63,280 bases of DNA, filler included, from Asterionella formosa (GCA_002256025.1; 16 parts of 16 records of this genome joined end to end with filler, not necessarily neighbours in it); one strand, 5' to 3'. Positions 24,207 through 39,002 are shown, counted from the first letter of the whole stretch. Program-made: numbers and translations. Notes: a model not told the origin generated them from the sequence alone.

Positions 24207-27184
24207 GGCAACGAAGAACGAAAAGAGAAGCGAATTTTGGAAAGTTGTTGTTGTCAATTGTCGCTGTCGTACACCAGAATGATAACTCTGAACATCAGTA
24301 AATAATTACACTAGAAAGACAGCAATTCCCGCTCTAGCTATCGTCTTGCCATTCGGGTACTTCTAAGTAATTTTTAGTCTTTACCGGTAAGTTTTTTCTT
24401 AAGTAATTTTTATTTAAGGGCAATATGGGGCACATCGAATTTAGCATGACAACCAAAATAACGGTAATATTCATAGAGATGGTACAACAAGCTTAAAACA
24501 CACGAGAATGATTGTAACATGCAACATCAACGAAAATTGAACATGATGTTTGGAGCATCCAAAGTATGAAATGTGATGTAATAAGTAGCATCAAATGAGA
24601 AATTAAAAAAATTGTTTTGGGTTAGAAATGAAACAAAAAATAAGAGTTCCAATGGAGACGTAGCTATGCATTGTGAATCATTGTAGTACTTACACACCAG
24701 GCAACATTGACTTTCCATCACCATACAATCGAAGACCGAAAGAAGAAGAAAAAAAGCTCAACCCAATGTAGACCTGCATCGTTGTTTAGCATAAATGGTC
24801 TGGTTGCTGGAACCATGCGCATCGCTGTAGTATCCTGACACCAGTAGCAGTGTTTCCGCCACAGTCATTCCTCTCCGCTGCCCACCAAACAAGCAACCCT
24901 GATCATTCGATTCTGAGCAAGCGTGATCGCCACGCTACTCCAGCACTATTGACTCTCTCTAGCTGAGTATTCATGTAGCTTCTGATACTAACTCGTAGTA
25001 GAAATGTAGCAAAGCGCGTTAGTACAAGAAAAGCATTGCTTGGCGGCAATATTGACATCATTGTCATGACTATACAAATCAACAAATACAATCAACAACG
25101 GCACAATACCACATCTTCAATGAGTAGTCATTGATAAATGCATTGGTTCTTATGTAGATATGCACAATCGAAACAAAACGACAGTGTGTAACGACAAACA
25201 ATGATGGAAGTGATCAAAACAAACCACAGAAGCAATCAAATCGGAAAGTCGGCCCGATCAATATGATCTACAATCCACATTCAGTGTTTCACTGTTGTAC
25301 TCACCGATCCGCTTCAACTAGCATAACAAGCAGCAAACGATGGGATCAAAGAAAGACTAATGTTTCCTATTGCAAGCCCAAATAGAGCAAAGGCAGGCAA
25401 GATAGAGTGAGAAGTATATTTGTGAGGACAAAATCGGGCATACGGTACGTAAAATCAATGAACATGTGAACGATATAATTCAACATTTCAGATCTTGTAA
25501 AAATAATACCGAGTCTACAGAGAAAATATTATAATGTGTTCAAAGTAAGCGTTAAAGCATAGCTTAAACCATGCATGGTTTTTTTAGTACCACGTACGTA
25601 TGTAGACTAGATGACTGCCAGTACCGGCAGAATATCCGTTAAGCATCATTACATACATGACCGGAGCAAAAACTTGCCACCAACATCAGATGTATCGATA
25701 TCATCGTTTGTCCGACGAAATATGGACGATGCGACTACATGAATGCCTCGAGAAGACAAGCAATCCAACAATCAACCGCATCCGTTAGGCAAAAAATCGC
25801 TACTGGTGTCATTGCGGAACTGATTTCCCTTCAAACCGGTCATGATGGACGACGATTGGCATGGTGAAAGGTGAATTGCCGGAGTCCACTTTTCAGGAGA
25901 CGAACAAAAACGAGGTGAATTCTAGATATAAATTATAAGAATCTGAATAGTATATAAAATGGTTTCCTTAAGTAGACCCCTTGCCGATTTCGGCAATCCC
26001 AGGGCTGGAAAACCGAGGGGCAATTGGCGTCTGTTGTCTTGCCAAAATGCGATCATATGAAATATTCAAAACATATTTTAATGATGGGCAATATCGGACC
26101 TTTGGCAATTTTCGAGGTGAATATAGGAAATATTCAAAATATTTTTTACATGATGGGCAATAGTAGGCTAAAATTGACATTCATGCTAAATTTGTGGGCA
26201 GTAGGTATTGTTGAGGAGGCAAAATTGCCTTTGCCTCCCTCGTAAGGGCTGCAGTAGCATTTCTTAGCAGAGAAAATGCGATTGTTTTATACATACAAAA
26301 CACTAGAGTGTAGTCGTCGTGGTTAGAGCATCCTGCATCATGTCGTTTCAGCCTTGCCCATGACGAACATGACGAAAACAACGGAAATCTCTTCGAAAAT
26401 TGAGAACAGCGCTCTCCTATGCCGCATATCGAGCACTACATAGAGAATATTATTGTAATAGAATTATTGCAATTACACTAATATTGACAACGAAAATTGA
26501 AATCGCCAATGGCGCATTTTTTCATGAAATTATTTAGGGATGCAAAATTCGAAATGACGATGTTATGGACAGATTTGAAACTTTTACAGTAGCTCTAAAG
26601 TGAATACGACGACTACATCAATAACATGACTAGTTGAAGCAAAGATGTGAAAATAGTCCTTTATTAGCCAACTGAGAATCGATTGATTGTACTGGCAATT
26701 TTTGAAGTTGTCAATGTAGGTCAGCACCGAAAAATGTAGTGTTTTTTTGGAACTTGATACCAAAGAAAAATGTGTAAGAGTAAAAAAATAATTGAATGCA
26801 TATTAATAACTTTCTATTTAATTATGAGGTGAAACCAGCATAAAAATATGGCCACTGAGGCGTGTCAGTTGAAGATTGAATAAGAAAGTATCGATCAATA
26901 AATAGGCTCCAACGCGTCTGCTGCTGTTTGTAACTTACAAATACTGTTTGTTTACCATTATCCTGAAAGTGAAAGGAGCAACATACATGTGTCAGTTTTT
27001 ATAACAGTTGTGGATTGATCCAAAGATTATAGCACTTACCGAATTCTTTTGTCCACATCGATGGTTGGCCACCAAACCGAAAAGGAGCTATTGAATCACT
27101 GAAAGGGGATGATTCATTCCATCTTTGTAATCCCAACAAGCAATTGATCATCCTGGCATTTTCTCTTGACGTGGTACCATGCAC

Positions 27185-27510
27185 AGATTGTTGATTCCGT
27201 CCTTCTCCATCATATTCACTCTTTCTTCACCGCATGGTGTATGATCGCATTGTATTGTCGTTTCAGTTTTTCGCATCATGTGTTGCTTGAGATCCTTCAT
27301 TTCAGGAAGTTTATGCATGACAAGGAACATGAAAGGCATTTGCTCTTGACTTAACCATCAATTGATTCCGCCCTTCTCCGTAGCTAGTCACTCCTTCCAA
27401 CAAGCTGCAAACTATCATTGTGTTGTATTATCACTTTCGTTTTCCGCGTCATGTGTGATGATCCTTCATTTCAGGAGCATAGTGTATGCATGACAGGGAA
27501 CATGAAAACA
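27185..27510. repeat. Diverged direct repeat, two units of about 170 bp
   Basis: TTGATTCCGyCCTTCTCC...GATCCTTCATTTCAGGA...TATGCATGACArGGAACATGAAA occurs twice. Confidence 0.75.
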
Positions 27511-28499
27511 TGATTTCAAATGTTTCAGCCATGAATACATCTATATACAGATTTGTAAGTTTAAATTAAAATTATATTTAGTTGAACATTTGTATAGTTT
27601 TAAACACGCTCATTATACGGCACATCCTGTGTATTCTATCATATATTTTGATTATTCATAATTCAAATATATATAATGCATGATGAATTCATTGTTTTCC
27701 ACGACCTGATGAATTTTTCAATTTGTTTTGTGTCAATTCTTATACCTACAAGTCAGTGGCTGATTTAAGTGAGCCCCTTAATGAACGGGAGTTATCACCA
27801 ATTTTTCAAATGGTCTAAATCATACATTTATGAATATAGACATATTGACCAGATAGATTTGAGAAATTCATATGGCTTACCGGTAGTACTGGATGTATAC
27901 TTGCTGGGTATTACTTTTATCATGGAGGTACCACAATAGTGTAGCGGAAAACTGAATATTATGTGTTAAGGATCATTTGATCATATTTTTAAGATCAATT
28001 TATCCTAATTCCTGAAAATATACATTGATCTTTAATTTTCTCATCAATGACACCGTTTATCATATGATCAATACGTTACTATGATCAAAGGTATTGGATG
28101 AACGAATCAAACTTTATTGATTAAAAAAAATACTTTATACCGGAGGAGTTGCTCATGCATGCATCAAATATAGTCTACACAAGGAGCAGTGCATCATATA
28201 TGCCCTGTTATTTTAATTCCTATGAAATCTCTTGATCTATTCTGCGCTTTTTCGCCACAATTGTTTTCATTGTTTCACTGGACAGCATTCAAATTGATTG
28301 GTTTCGAACAAAGCAATGATCAAAGTCCACCACATTGCAGAATGGTGAGTCTCAAAACTATGAATCAGCCAGGCGATTCAATGGGGCCATCTTTTGTGCA
28401 CCCTTGTTGTGTTTGTTTATTGACTTGGCAACTGTCAGCCGGCCAAGAGCAGCCATGGTATGCCATCACATATTGTCCATACGAATTTTCGAATGCGTT

Positions 28500-29900
28500 C
28501 AACCATGATAACTTTTGCTCCTAAATACCATCTCACCACCCTTGTCATAGATTTTTCTTTATCATTTGGCCTCACAGGCCCAGGTTAGTCAATGCCTCTA
28601 CCTGCAAGCTCAGCCAAGCACGTTGGCGTCAAGACAATGGGTCACCTCAACCCGATTTTTTCTCACATGCTCCGCCCATCCTAATTCCTTCATTGATAAA
28701 TTCAAGGTGCTATATTGATGTCAGGAAGACATTGTTCATTTTGGCAGCACTCAATCCATCCAGTCTTTGCTTTGAATGGTCTGACGATTGATCAAAGAGA
28801 AAAACGAAATGGTATGTAGGATGCATCACTTTAATAACGCACATCAACTGAATTATCAAACATTGCTGAGTGGTTATAGGTCCAGTAGCCTTCTTTGTTC
28901 TCTCCATACTCAGTCAAGAAATAAGACTAAGAATGGCTTTATAAAAATGGATGAACCATAGACTTCCTTAGCAGAATCGGTATCATCATAACTTGATACT
29001 GGTATTTGAGTGTTTTCACTGCAAATAGGTTAATTTCGTCAATTTCCCTCAATAACCAATAACTCAACTGATACAGCTGCTTAACATGCATCATTCCTTC
29101 ACCTTATTCCTTAGGTAGGAAAGGTTGTTCGCCATTACATAGTGACCACTTGAATATAGCTTCACTTTGACCAATAAAAACTACCACTGGGTTGGGAGGG
29201 TCCTGATGATGTATACTTTAGTTTCCGCCTATTGGCTGTATAGCTAGTGTCGAGCTTTTCACTTGCATCCGCCCGTTTGGCATTCTACCATTGCTTCCTC
29301 TCAATCAATACTAGCTGGTAAAATAAAAACCGTAATTAGATGAAATTTGACTTCCGGTTTCTAATTTTACATTGCACTACTGAAAGTTGAATCCATCAAT
29401 GGGCATTCAACTTGTGCTTCTTGCATTTTTGCAGGATAGACTGGCTGCTGGTCGAGAGGCCAAAGTGTCTGGCTTTTCATGAACATCTACAAAGTAGCGC
29501 TGTTGTCGAGTTTTGTGTCTAAATCCAACTGCTGCCATTCATTGAACCATTCCAGATACATCAAAGAATACCCTCCTATCGTCAAAGGCAAGGAACTAGT
29601 ATGATGAAAAAGGAAATCTGATGAGACATGAAAATTACGAAACCAGAATCACTCTGTTACGATACATACTAGACAGGTTCTTGCTTCTTGTGCTGCATAT
29701 CGCCTGCTATGCTGCGTTTCAATTCTAGATGTATTATGTTCTCGTTAGAGAGACGATGTTACATAGAAGTAGATTGTGCTGTTCCATAGTGGATGTTGTT
29801 TATGATTGAGGGTATAACACTGATCGATGCTCTGGTGACAGACCGGACCTTGAATGATGAGCCATTTCGTTTTCATTGGATTTCTTTTCAAGCTCTTAAC
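28500..29900 (-). pseudogene. Heavily decayed DDE DNA-transposase relic (IS630/Tc1-like, unclassified)
   Basis: Frame-broken motifs VVFIGQSEAIFK, NGEQPFLPKE, EYGENKEGYWTYNH and YHFVFLFDQSSDHSKQRLDGL. Confidence 0.55.
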
Positions 29901-31225
29901 GGATTGCATACAAACATATTGTGCACTGGAGATGATGATTCATCGAAGAAATATGATGACATGAACAAGAAATGAAGATTTTGTCGCAAATACTCATTCC
30001 TCTCGACATGGCTGTTTTGTTGTTGTTGCAAGAATCAGAGTGAGGAGTGGAGAGGATGATGAGCCAAACCACATTACTTTAGCTGGTACAACATTATCCT
30101 AAAAGAAAGAACAATACATATAATGATGAAATATACATAGTAAAAAGGGTTACTTTTTAAATGATGAGGGCATTTATCAAAATTATTAGATGATATAACG
30201 AAAAATTATGATCAGATGATCATAATCCTATGATGCATCATAGGAATATGATGGTTTTTATTTTTGCAGACATCCATTTCACCTGCATAGCATCTTTAAG
30301 CTCTTGAAGTATCTCATCCAGCACTGTACACAAAGAGAAGTAAACCTCTGAGCCCCCCTTGACACTTTGTCCACATCAATGATGATAGGCACAACTACGG
30401 CCATTATTGCTGGCCATCAAGCCAAGGATCTGACAATCAGGAAAGGGCGTGTCAGCGATGTCAACATTCATTTTGACAATAACAATATTGAAATCAGGAT
30501 GATGGACAAGATCATACTAGAAAAGAAATCAATGCATTCGCATTGCTTGATGTACCAAATATTAATTTACATATATGTTAAATTGGTTCGATTAATTTAT
30601 TTAGATGTATGTTCATATCTAAGTAACCCATAACAACAAACATTTTTTAGTATTCCAACCCTCATGTAGAAAGATGGTATGATGAAGTTTACGTAATCTG
30701 TCCTAAAATAAGCAATCAATGCAACTATTATTAGTCAGAGGAAGTACCTGGTACGTGCTAGTGTTTCATGTACAGGTACACTAGCTACCGGTACATGAAA
30801 AAGAAAGACAGGTGGAGAATGCAGGAATCGATCCAATCACCTAGCATGAATGCGTCCTAGTATCCAACCACCTAAGCAATCCCCCAACAAACAACCTAAC
30901 GTTGGTATCTAGGTGATGGAGGGTATGAAAAAGATTGTCACGTACAAGCAACCAAACATTGGTATCTGAACTAGGTGATGCAGGTTATGCAATATCACGA
31001 TCACATAGAAACAGCCCACCTTGCAGGTACTGGCGATAGTCTCTAGGGGGCTGGTTGCAACCTGAAGATCAATATAGTAGGATACGGAGGCCTCAGTATA
31101 GATTTTCTTTTGCATTTAATAATTAAGAGTAAAAATTGTGACGCATACAAAAATTGAGGCAAATTATTTGATATTTATATACTACCCTCCGCTCATTTCC
31201 CCTCAAAAGGTATGTAACATCGATC

Positions 31226-32576
31226 TGTTGTCGTCCTTCATGTTTGTTGATTTTGCTGCCTGCTTCTTGTTTGCTTCGTTGCTCTGTTGTTCGCTATGTT
31301 AGATCGTTGACATAGGTTGGCTTGCAGAACGTTGTGTCGAAATCGCGAGGACAGCGGTGTGTTTTCAATTGTTTGACAAGCTTCTCAACACTGATGGGGT
31401 CCGCTGTTGATGGGCTCCAAAGACTACCTTACTCAAGTCAAGGTCTCTCAGATTGTGAACTAATTGTAATTATATCTAAACTATCAATCCTGCCAACTGG
31501 TCCTGCCAAACTTAATCCTGTCAAATTCAATCTTACCAAATTCAATTCAAGACTTCTACTCCAACTAATTTTGATCCCACTGTCAGTCCCATGAAACATT
31601 TCACGACTTGACTCATCAGACTCTCAACGTCACCCGGAGTCTTTATAGCCTCCAACACCCTCCCCTTGAGAGTCTCTATCTTCATGGCTCTTCATATACA
31701 TATCATTACCACAGAACTTTGCAGTATGTTTTTCAAATAAATTTCTTGCCAAATTCTTTGTGAATAAATCACTATGATTGTTTTCTGTACCAATCCATTC
31801 AGAGATTATGACATTCTCTTCCTTCAATTCACGAAAAAAATAATATTGCACATCCACATGACGAGTTCGACCTCCAACACTCCAATTGTTTGTTAGATCG
31901 ACTGCACCTTTATTATCAATGCTTAGTCTCATTGGTTTCTTCACCTTGAGTCCCATTGACTCTAGAACCCTCATGACATACAGCATATCCTGCGCACATT
32001 GCGTGGCTGCAACCAATTCTGCTTCTGTCACAGACAATGTAACACACGATTGCATTTTACTTTTCATAGATGTTGGTGTCCCATTCAAAAACGTAGCATA
32101 TCCGCTAACACTTCATCTCCTATCCGGATCCTTGGCATCATCTGAATCCGACATGCCTGAAATTACGAACTCATAATTTGGATCACCATTCCATCTACCA
32201 CTTGGTTTTAACTTTAAACCACGATCAGGAAATCCAATGCAATATTTCATGACTCTATTCATTGCTTGAATATGTGCACCTAATGCCTCCATCATAAAAC
32301 ATGACAACTCTCTAACGCAATTCATGATCTCTGTTCTAGACCATTTCATCAAATGCAACAATTTTCCCACACCAGACCTATATTTTGTCATTTCTTTGAC
32401 AGATAACATTTCGGTCGATTTTCCTTTCCTCAAAACATCACCTGGCACTGCGGGAGTAATTGGATTGTCACCTTTGGGTAACTCAAACTCATCAGCAAAG
32501 CTTTGCAACAACACTGGTTGAGTCAGTTGCACATAGCCCTCATCAGGATTGTAATCCACTTTACATCCAATATATT
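31226..32576 (-). mobile_element. Ty1/Copia 3' part: RT end and RNase H with in-frame stop, PPT, and 3' LTR starting TGTTG at 31657 (far end uncertain, about 31226)
   Basis: YRSGVGKLL, SDSD..KDPDRR*SVSGY, VTLSVTEAELVA, IDNKGAVDL, RTRHVDV and NHSDLFTKNL. PPT AAGGGGAGGG lies immediately before TGTTGG. Confidence 0.93.
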
Positions 32577-32676
32577 NNNNNNNNNNNNNNNNNNNNNNNN
32601 NNNNNNNNNNNNNNNNNNNNTTAATTAATTAANNNNNNNNNNNNNNNNNNNNNNNNNNNNNNNNNNNNNNNNNNNN

Positions 32677-33274
32677 AACGTTTTCGTTTTGGCTTGGTTT
32701 ACGAGTCCGAAGGCGATTCCGGTGCAGCTCATGATGAGCAACTGGTACGCCTTGTCGTTGGCCTCGTAGATAGCCCTGACTCCTTTGTCTGTCTCGACTT
32801 CGTACTCTTCGTCAGAACACGGGTTGTGGTTCTTGGAGTACATCGTTCGGAATCCTCTTGCCTTCGCCAGAGCGAGCGTTTTAACGCTCCACTGGTACCA
32901 GTTCGTTTCGTTGCCATCAAACTTGATGAGCCTCATGCTCTCTTCAGACATTTCTGTAGACATGTTAAAACACTTAAGTCTGTTTATAAACGTGTTAAAG
33001 TATTACCTTTTGTATAGATCTATATCGTTAGACAAAGAAGACTATAGATAGAGACGTTCGTTTCTCTTTCCGTTTCTATATTCTTATTGTGAGTTTACTA
33101 ATCTAGTTTAGGTTGTTCTGTTTGAACAAAACAAACGAACTATTCTCCAAATGCTGTTTGCATTTCTAGGAACATACAATCATAGATAGACCCATGTCTA
33201 TCTCACACTTACTGATCATAGGTATTTAACCATGATCATTCATTTCAAACTATCGGTCTTCCGAAATAGCTTAT
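32677..33274 (-). mobile_element. Ty1/Copia 5' part: LTR (32993-33274) and gag N-terminus (ATG at 32963)
   Basis: LIKFDGNETNWYQWSVKTLALAKARG...NDKAYQLLIMSC resembles the Copia gag N-terminus. The upstream 280 bp is repeated at 6386-6667. Confidence 0.8.
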
Positions 33275-36044
33275 GTTGTCCGGCTCATTATAGTCGGAGT
33301 AGCAAAGTATAATGTGTGGTTGATGAGAGCTTGGTACATCAAAGTGGACTCATTCGAATCGTTTGACTCGTTTGACTCCGAGTCCTAACTACGTAGATGA
33401 GCTCACTTTAACAAATATTTTGCATGTACCACCCTGGTACAGAGTAGACAGGAATGTACTGCTCATGACGGTATGTACTTGTACTTGTATTGTACTAGGT
33501 ACCAGGTACCAGAATGGGGAGCGTCAGGACGACATTCGAATTGCCGTACAGTACCGTTGTGGTATGCATATCTTACAGACCAGATCACACACACTTCTGT
33601 TCTTGTTGAATTTAAACAGCATGAGGTTCTGTCGACGGCCTCACGGCCTCACCGCTGTCCTTTGTCTACCACATCGACGCTATATTCTTTTATCGCCTAC
33701 CGGTATCAGAATTGAATCAAATACGAGGGTGTGACTCGACGGAAGACCTGGGGATCGATGACTGTTCGACACACCCTTCTCTGCCGACTGCCGACTGCCG
33801 ACTGCCTGTCCGCTTGATGGTTCAACTGATGAAGGTTCTGATCTGGAATCTGAAATCTGCAATTAGATTTTTTTTAAATGTCAGCAATGAGCCAAGACAT
33901 CCAGTGAATTGATGATCCAATCCAATCCAATCCCATAGATCAACGATCTATAATAGACTTGAGACCAAAGATCAAGGCATATATTTATCAGTTATCCACG
34001 GAACATTCCTCATTTAATTTATGTCGGAGCCTCTACCGGTACTTGTAATCCCTTCCATGTCGGAAACCATCACTCAGAATGATCAAGCCAGTCTAACCAG
34101 ACATACCGGTATGCACTTTGATGCTTACGAATCAGGGGAAGATCGCTCTGGCTCACAACATAGAAACAAACTACAAACTTGGTGGGATATGAACATGAAC
34201 CTACATGTCGATTTGTACGAAACCTTTTGATGGTCGTCTACTTGCAACAGAAAATAGCGAGACCGAGAACGAGACTGGCCAATGCCAATGCCAATGGGTC
34301 TTGCAACGCACGACCAGGTGAAAAGACAAATATTTGTTGCTCTATCTCCATACTTTTCTTGGACTCTCACATGCCTCCTTCACCGCAATCCTTCAAAAAA
34401 ATTCAATCAATCCCCTTGCTCTACTGTGACTGTGCACAAATTCGCATTCACATTCACATTACTTAGGCAAGGAACATTTCATTGCATTGCATTGTCTCAC
34501 TGATTGATTCGTTACCGACAAAAGCAGAAATGTCGACGGTTTTGACAATTTTTCGCACAAGCCAACAACTATCCCAGAAATGTTTGTTCAAGTACGGGCA
34601 CCGGTAGTCAGTGCCATTATAGATATAGATTTTCTGCAAACCAAACAACGCCCTACTGGTACTACCGGTACCAGCAAATATGCAGGAGGAGCTTCCATTT
34701 TAATGTCATGGTGTTTCGCGTTCGCGAAATATAGTCGAGACTTATACATGGCGAAAGTTATCAGCTGGACCTTCTCAAAAGAATCTAGCCAAAGCAAAGA
34801 TTCTGTAATGTCAAAAAAAATTAAAAAGCAAAAATTGCAAGAAATTGACGATCGCAAAGAAACGATGAGCCACAGGAGGAATTACACTACCGGTATGCAG
34901 TTGCCACCAAGAATGACTCCGATTGTCGAACATGCAAAGACTGTGGCGAAAAGACAAAACTCAATCACGGTAAGCCCGCAAATGTCCTCGTTGATGAAAT
35001 TTGCTTTGAATCTCAACGATTCATTGAAGAATTCAAGATGACTGAAAACAGAACAAGCAAGCTATTCGGATTTATCAATGGTTTGTGTTTGAAAACATTG
35101 TATACTAAGGAGGGGTTGTATGTTGTTTGAATTTAACAGGCAGGCGGAGTACCGGTATATCATTTTATGTTTAGTTTTGTCGTACATGTTGGAGAATAAA
35201 ACTAGGATGCTGTCTATTCAACCGCAAGCATTTCTTCCGAAACTCGAGCTTTTTGCATCTACTGGTGACATGTAACAAATGGATGGTTCATGTCCTTTCC
35301 TCTCTATAATATCTTCTATACTTAATGTCTTCACTCACAGGCCAGACAATTGGTGGGTCAAAGCGTCAATGCATCGCCACTATGTATACTCTGTGCTGAA
35401 ACAAAAGAAACAGGAGTCTGATTTGAATTCGCATTTGCCATTGCATCTGCATTCGCATTCGCATGAGTCATCATGGGATGGTTCTCGGCGTCAAATCGCC
35501 CTGATTTTTCGACAAACATGTTTTTTGATTTTGACATTGAGGTGGGTTACTTCTAAAATAAATCTATCATGTCTTGTGATAAACCATGATGTTTACGGGA
35601 ATACTGGGTATAATGCCAGTTGACAGGTGCATAAATAGATGGCCAGGCCAAAATACGAGCCTTGCTTGTGTCGGAAAATTGTGTGGTGAAAATACTTTTA
35701 CGGGGTCAAGTATGACATGGTCGGCGTGATCGTGTTATTTTGTCATCTTTTTTGTTGGGACTAGAGTTGTTATGTAGGAGCAAAGAGTTAAACTTGCATC
35801 CTTCGTATAGCATCTGATGATGTCTTAATAGTAAAACACGCAAAGGAGTGTTCTGGTTACATTGTCGAACATAGTAGTTCGGACAAATGAAAAAAGGAAC
35901 AAAAACACTCCAAATAAATGGATTTGGGTTCAAGTCCACAGTTAGCAACAGCCTGACTACACTATATGACAGTTAAAATATTTTGCTTGCTTTGCCTGCT
36001 CAAGAAAAAGGTTCTGATCTATTGATAAACTATGATACATCAAT

Positions 36045-37607
36045 TCATCCAATATCATAATGACTTGCTGTCTCAACAAGGAGAGCAATAATCTGCACCA
36101 TTTGCTGACGTGGGCTATCAATTGCATTCTTGCTTGAGTTGACTTGAATCACAAAGGAAACAACTTCATGATCATATGTAACATTATCCTTTCTCTTAAC
36201 AATTGGAAACTCATTAATGTAGCCTCTGTGAGATTCAATCCATGGTCTACTTCCAGGCTGTCTCCTTGTATCAAGAATTGAAACATGTTTTGTCCCAATG
36301 CTTACCTTTACAACACCGAAGTCATCACTAGGACCTACATAAACACTGACTTTTAAGGAGATGAATGGTGGTAAAATGAAAGATATTGAGTCATCAGTTT
36401 TGTTGCCTTGCCAACTCCTTTTATGAATGCTTGTAGAACCAGCTTGGGCTCGTTCCACAATTTGGAAATTGTGCACATCCACAACATGCGGCCAGCGTGA
36501 TCTGTCTTCCTCAAGGACACTGTAGCATTCAGTGATGCCCATCATTTCAACCTCCTCGCTTACAGGTTTCGCTTTAGGAACATAATTGTGGCGATTGTCA
36601 ATGGGTGAAAATCTCAGAGCCGCTTCGAAGATTCCGAGAATTTGGCATGCGGCATATAAATGTCCATATTCATTTGGGTGTACATAATCAGAGTAGAATT
36701 TTGTCTTTGCCATTGAACCGGATACACATGCAGTCAACCCATAAGTGATAGCTTCAGTTAGGTCAAGAAATAGGAGAAAATAATTGTTTGCAATTTCTCT
36801 CCACAATTCGGTAGTCTCAAGAATGAATGTGCCGTTGTGGCGATCTGGTGACGAGGTAGCAACCAGAATAATGACAGGTGACCTCTTCAACAGTGAGAGC
36901 TTCCTAACTAAACCTTCAAGGTAAAGTACATTCGCCTTATCAGCACTAGGAACAAATTCAAGTATAATTATATCTTCATCACCATCAGAAAAGTCGCAGT
37001 AAAGAAAGTACTCGGTCTGGGTCGCACCTCGTGAAAGGTTTTTAAATTTACATTCAACATCCGGTCCAAGCAAGTTTTGCAGACCGCTTACAATTCCTGC
37101 CCCAAATCCACCTCTTTGGTCACAACACCCGGCCCCAATTGAGTCCCCAAGCAATGTCAGCTTGAGTTCACCTCTCGAAATACAGTCTGCAAGGATACTT
37201 GACAATCTGGATAGAGTTTGCTTGGCTACAATGAACGCAGGGGCATGAAAGCAATGCAAATCCCTGCAGACTGCAGTTGCAAATTGTCTCAGCTCCTTGG
37301 ATCCTCGAATATACGTAGACAAAGTTTGATCGATTGAAGAAATAGAGCGAGTCGCAATAGTATCACCGACAAAGTCTACAGCAGATTCATTAAAGGAGAA
37401 TGTTGCATTTTCATGTACTTTGAAGGATGTCTCATGATTAACCCCGAATTTTCTGAAAAGTCCTTGTGGTCCGCCCCTGCTGCTAAAAATAAGCCAAACT
37501 GAAACGGTGACAAAAAGAGCTGCCGAGATAACACATTTGATCTGACGTCCAACAAAGGAAGCATTGGCTAAGGGCGTATCATCTCTATACACTTCCCTTC
37601 CATACAT
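36045..37607 (-). CDS. SGNH/GDSL-like hydrolase with N-terminal membrane anchor
   Basis: 520-aa ORF. TM segment near aa 25-42. LLGDSIGAG (block I), NLSRGA (block II) and SDYVHPNEYGH (DxxH block V). Confidence 0.85.
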   Translation of the reverse strand: MYGREVYRDDTPLANASFVGRQIKCVISAALFVTVSVWLIFSSRGGPQGLFRKFGVNHETSFKVHENATFSFNESAVDFVGDTIATRSISSIDQTLSTYIRGSKELRQFATAVCRDLHCFHAPAFIVAKQTLSRLSSILADCISRGELKLTLLGDSIGAGCCDQRGGFGAGIVSGLQNLLGPDVECKFKNLSRGATQTEYFLYCDFSDGDEDIIILEFVPSADKANVLYLEGLVRKLSLLKRSPVIILVATSSPDRHNGTFILETTELWREIANNYFLLFLDLTEAITYGLTACVSGSMAKTKFYSDYVHPNEYGHLYAACQILGIFEAALRFSPIDNRHNYVPKAKPVSEEVEMMGITECYSVLEEDRSRWPHVVDVHNFQIVERAQAGSTSIHKRSWQGNKTDDSISFILPPFISLKVSVYVGPSDDFGVVKVSIGTKHVSILDTRRQPGSRPWIESHRGYINEFPIVKRKDNVTYDHEVVSFVIQVNSSKNAIDSPRQQMVQIIALLVETASHYDIG

Positions 37608-38818
37608 GATTAGGATATCTCACTAAAGACGAGGAAAAGATTGTGCGCTATGTGCTGGTGCCTTACGGTTGTACGGTTGTCAGGATAAAAGTAGGTTCTG
37701 TGTAGGTAATTATTGGGTAATTATTAGCTTATTACATGCGATTACTGTATCCCGCAGCTACAGATTGAGAGGTCTGTGTGTGTCTTCATCTACCAGTTTT
37801 ATTAACTAATAGTTAAAGGGATTCACAAGAAATGCCGTAATCAGAAGCAAGGATTCACAAGGACCTTAATGTAAAGGTCATTGCCGGTGGATGTCCTAAC
37901 ATTGGAACGGCTGCCTAATCTAGAGGTAAATTTATATATAAAGTCATGACGTAGCAAATAGTTGCGAGGTCTGAAACGATTTGTATGCAGATTAAGTCTG
38001 AGCAGTTAGCGATTTTTTCAAATTTTCAGCAAATCAACTCAGCGGTCAGCAAAACGAAGTCCACAGTCAGTGCTCGCAAGTTTAAGTCAGCCTTTCTATT
38101 ACAGTGTATACTGATGGTAAGTTTGTCCATCTCAACCTACCGGTACCACCAGTACCATATGCATGTATGATTTCATATCCATACGTACGACAGGACTACC
38201 GGTACATTGATACCATTTCAAATTATACTAATATTTATACCGGAATATCATATGTGTTTCACATAGCTACATACATACACAGGTACCGGTAAGTAAATTT
38301 GATTTTTACTGAGCGATGTTCCGTAGTAGGGGGACGCTGAGGCAGCAACTCCATCCTGACCATAACGAAATTATTGGACTGAATATCTCCACGAAAAATG
38401 ACAATCAACTATTGCTACTTCGTAAATATATCAAGCCTAACATAGACGAGGTATCCGTTCAATAGTAAAATTTTTTGCAGCAATATTGACGACAAAAATT
38501 AGAAATTGCTGCTAGAACTTGTTTCCGTCGTCGTTTGCTCAGTTTTTAAGATATGACCAAAGTAGTGACAGTTTTGAGTCCGCAATTCATAGCGTAATAA
38601 AATTTAGTAGATAATTATTTCTATCTAATGAACAAACAAATCAGAAAACTTGAGCGATATGAATTTCGGGGAAGGCGCAACATCTCAAATGCAAGAAATT
38701 ACCTCAAGGCATTTGTTTTGAATATTCGTGCCAATATGTATCACAACTCAATTACACCCATTATCACCCATTATCATTAGAACTTCGTGGAAGCAAGCAA
38801 GAACACAATCGTCATGAT

Positions 38819-39002
38819 AGCTGCTGTTACTGCTACTGTTACTGCTACTGCTACTGTTACTGCTACTGTTACTGCTACTGCTACTGTTACTGTTACTGCT
38901 ACTGTTACTGTTACTGCTACTGTTACTGTTACTGTTACTGTTACTGTTACTGCTACTGTTACTGTTACTGCTACTGCTACTGCTACTGCTACTGCTACTG
39001 TG
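38819..39002. repeat. (ACTGYT)n hexanucleotide microsatellite
   Basis: About 30 tandem ACTGTT/ACTGCT units. Confidence 0.98.

Noticed and set aside
25966..26248. Small element with CCTTA...TAAGG ends and GGCAAT motifs
   Set aside because: The terminal match is only about 5 bp and there is no TSD.
31226..33274. Apparent full-length Copia (LTR-gag ... RT-RNase H-LTR) spanning the gap
   Set aside because: The two halves are on different contigs joined by an artificial spacer, and their LTR sequences do not match.
37990..38106. CACTGTAA-type (CMC/CACTA) transposon end on the minus strand
   Set aside because: No partner end or coding remnant was found on this contig.
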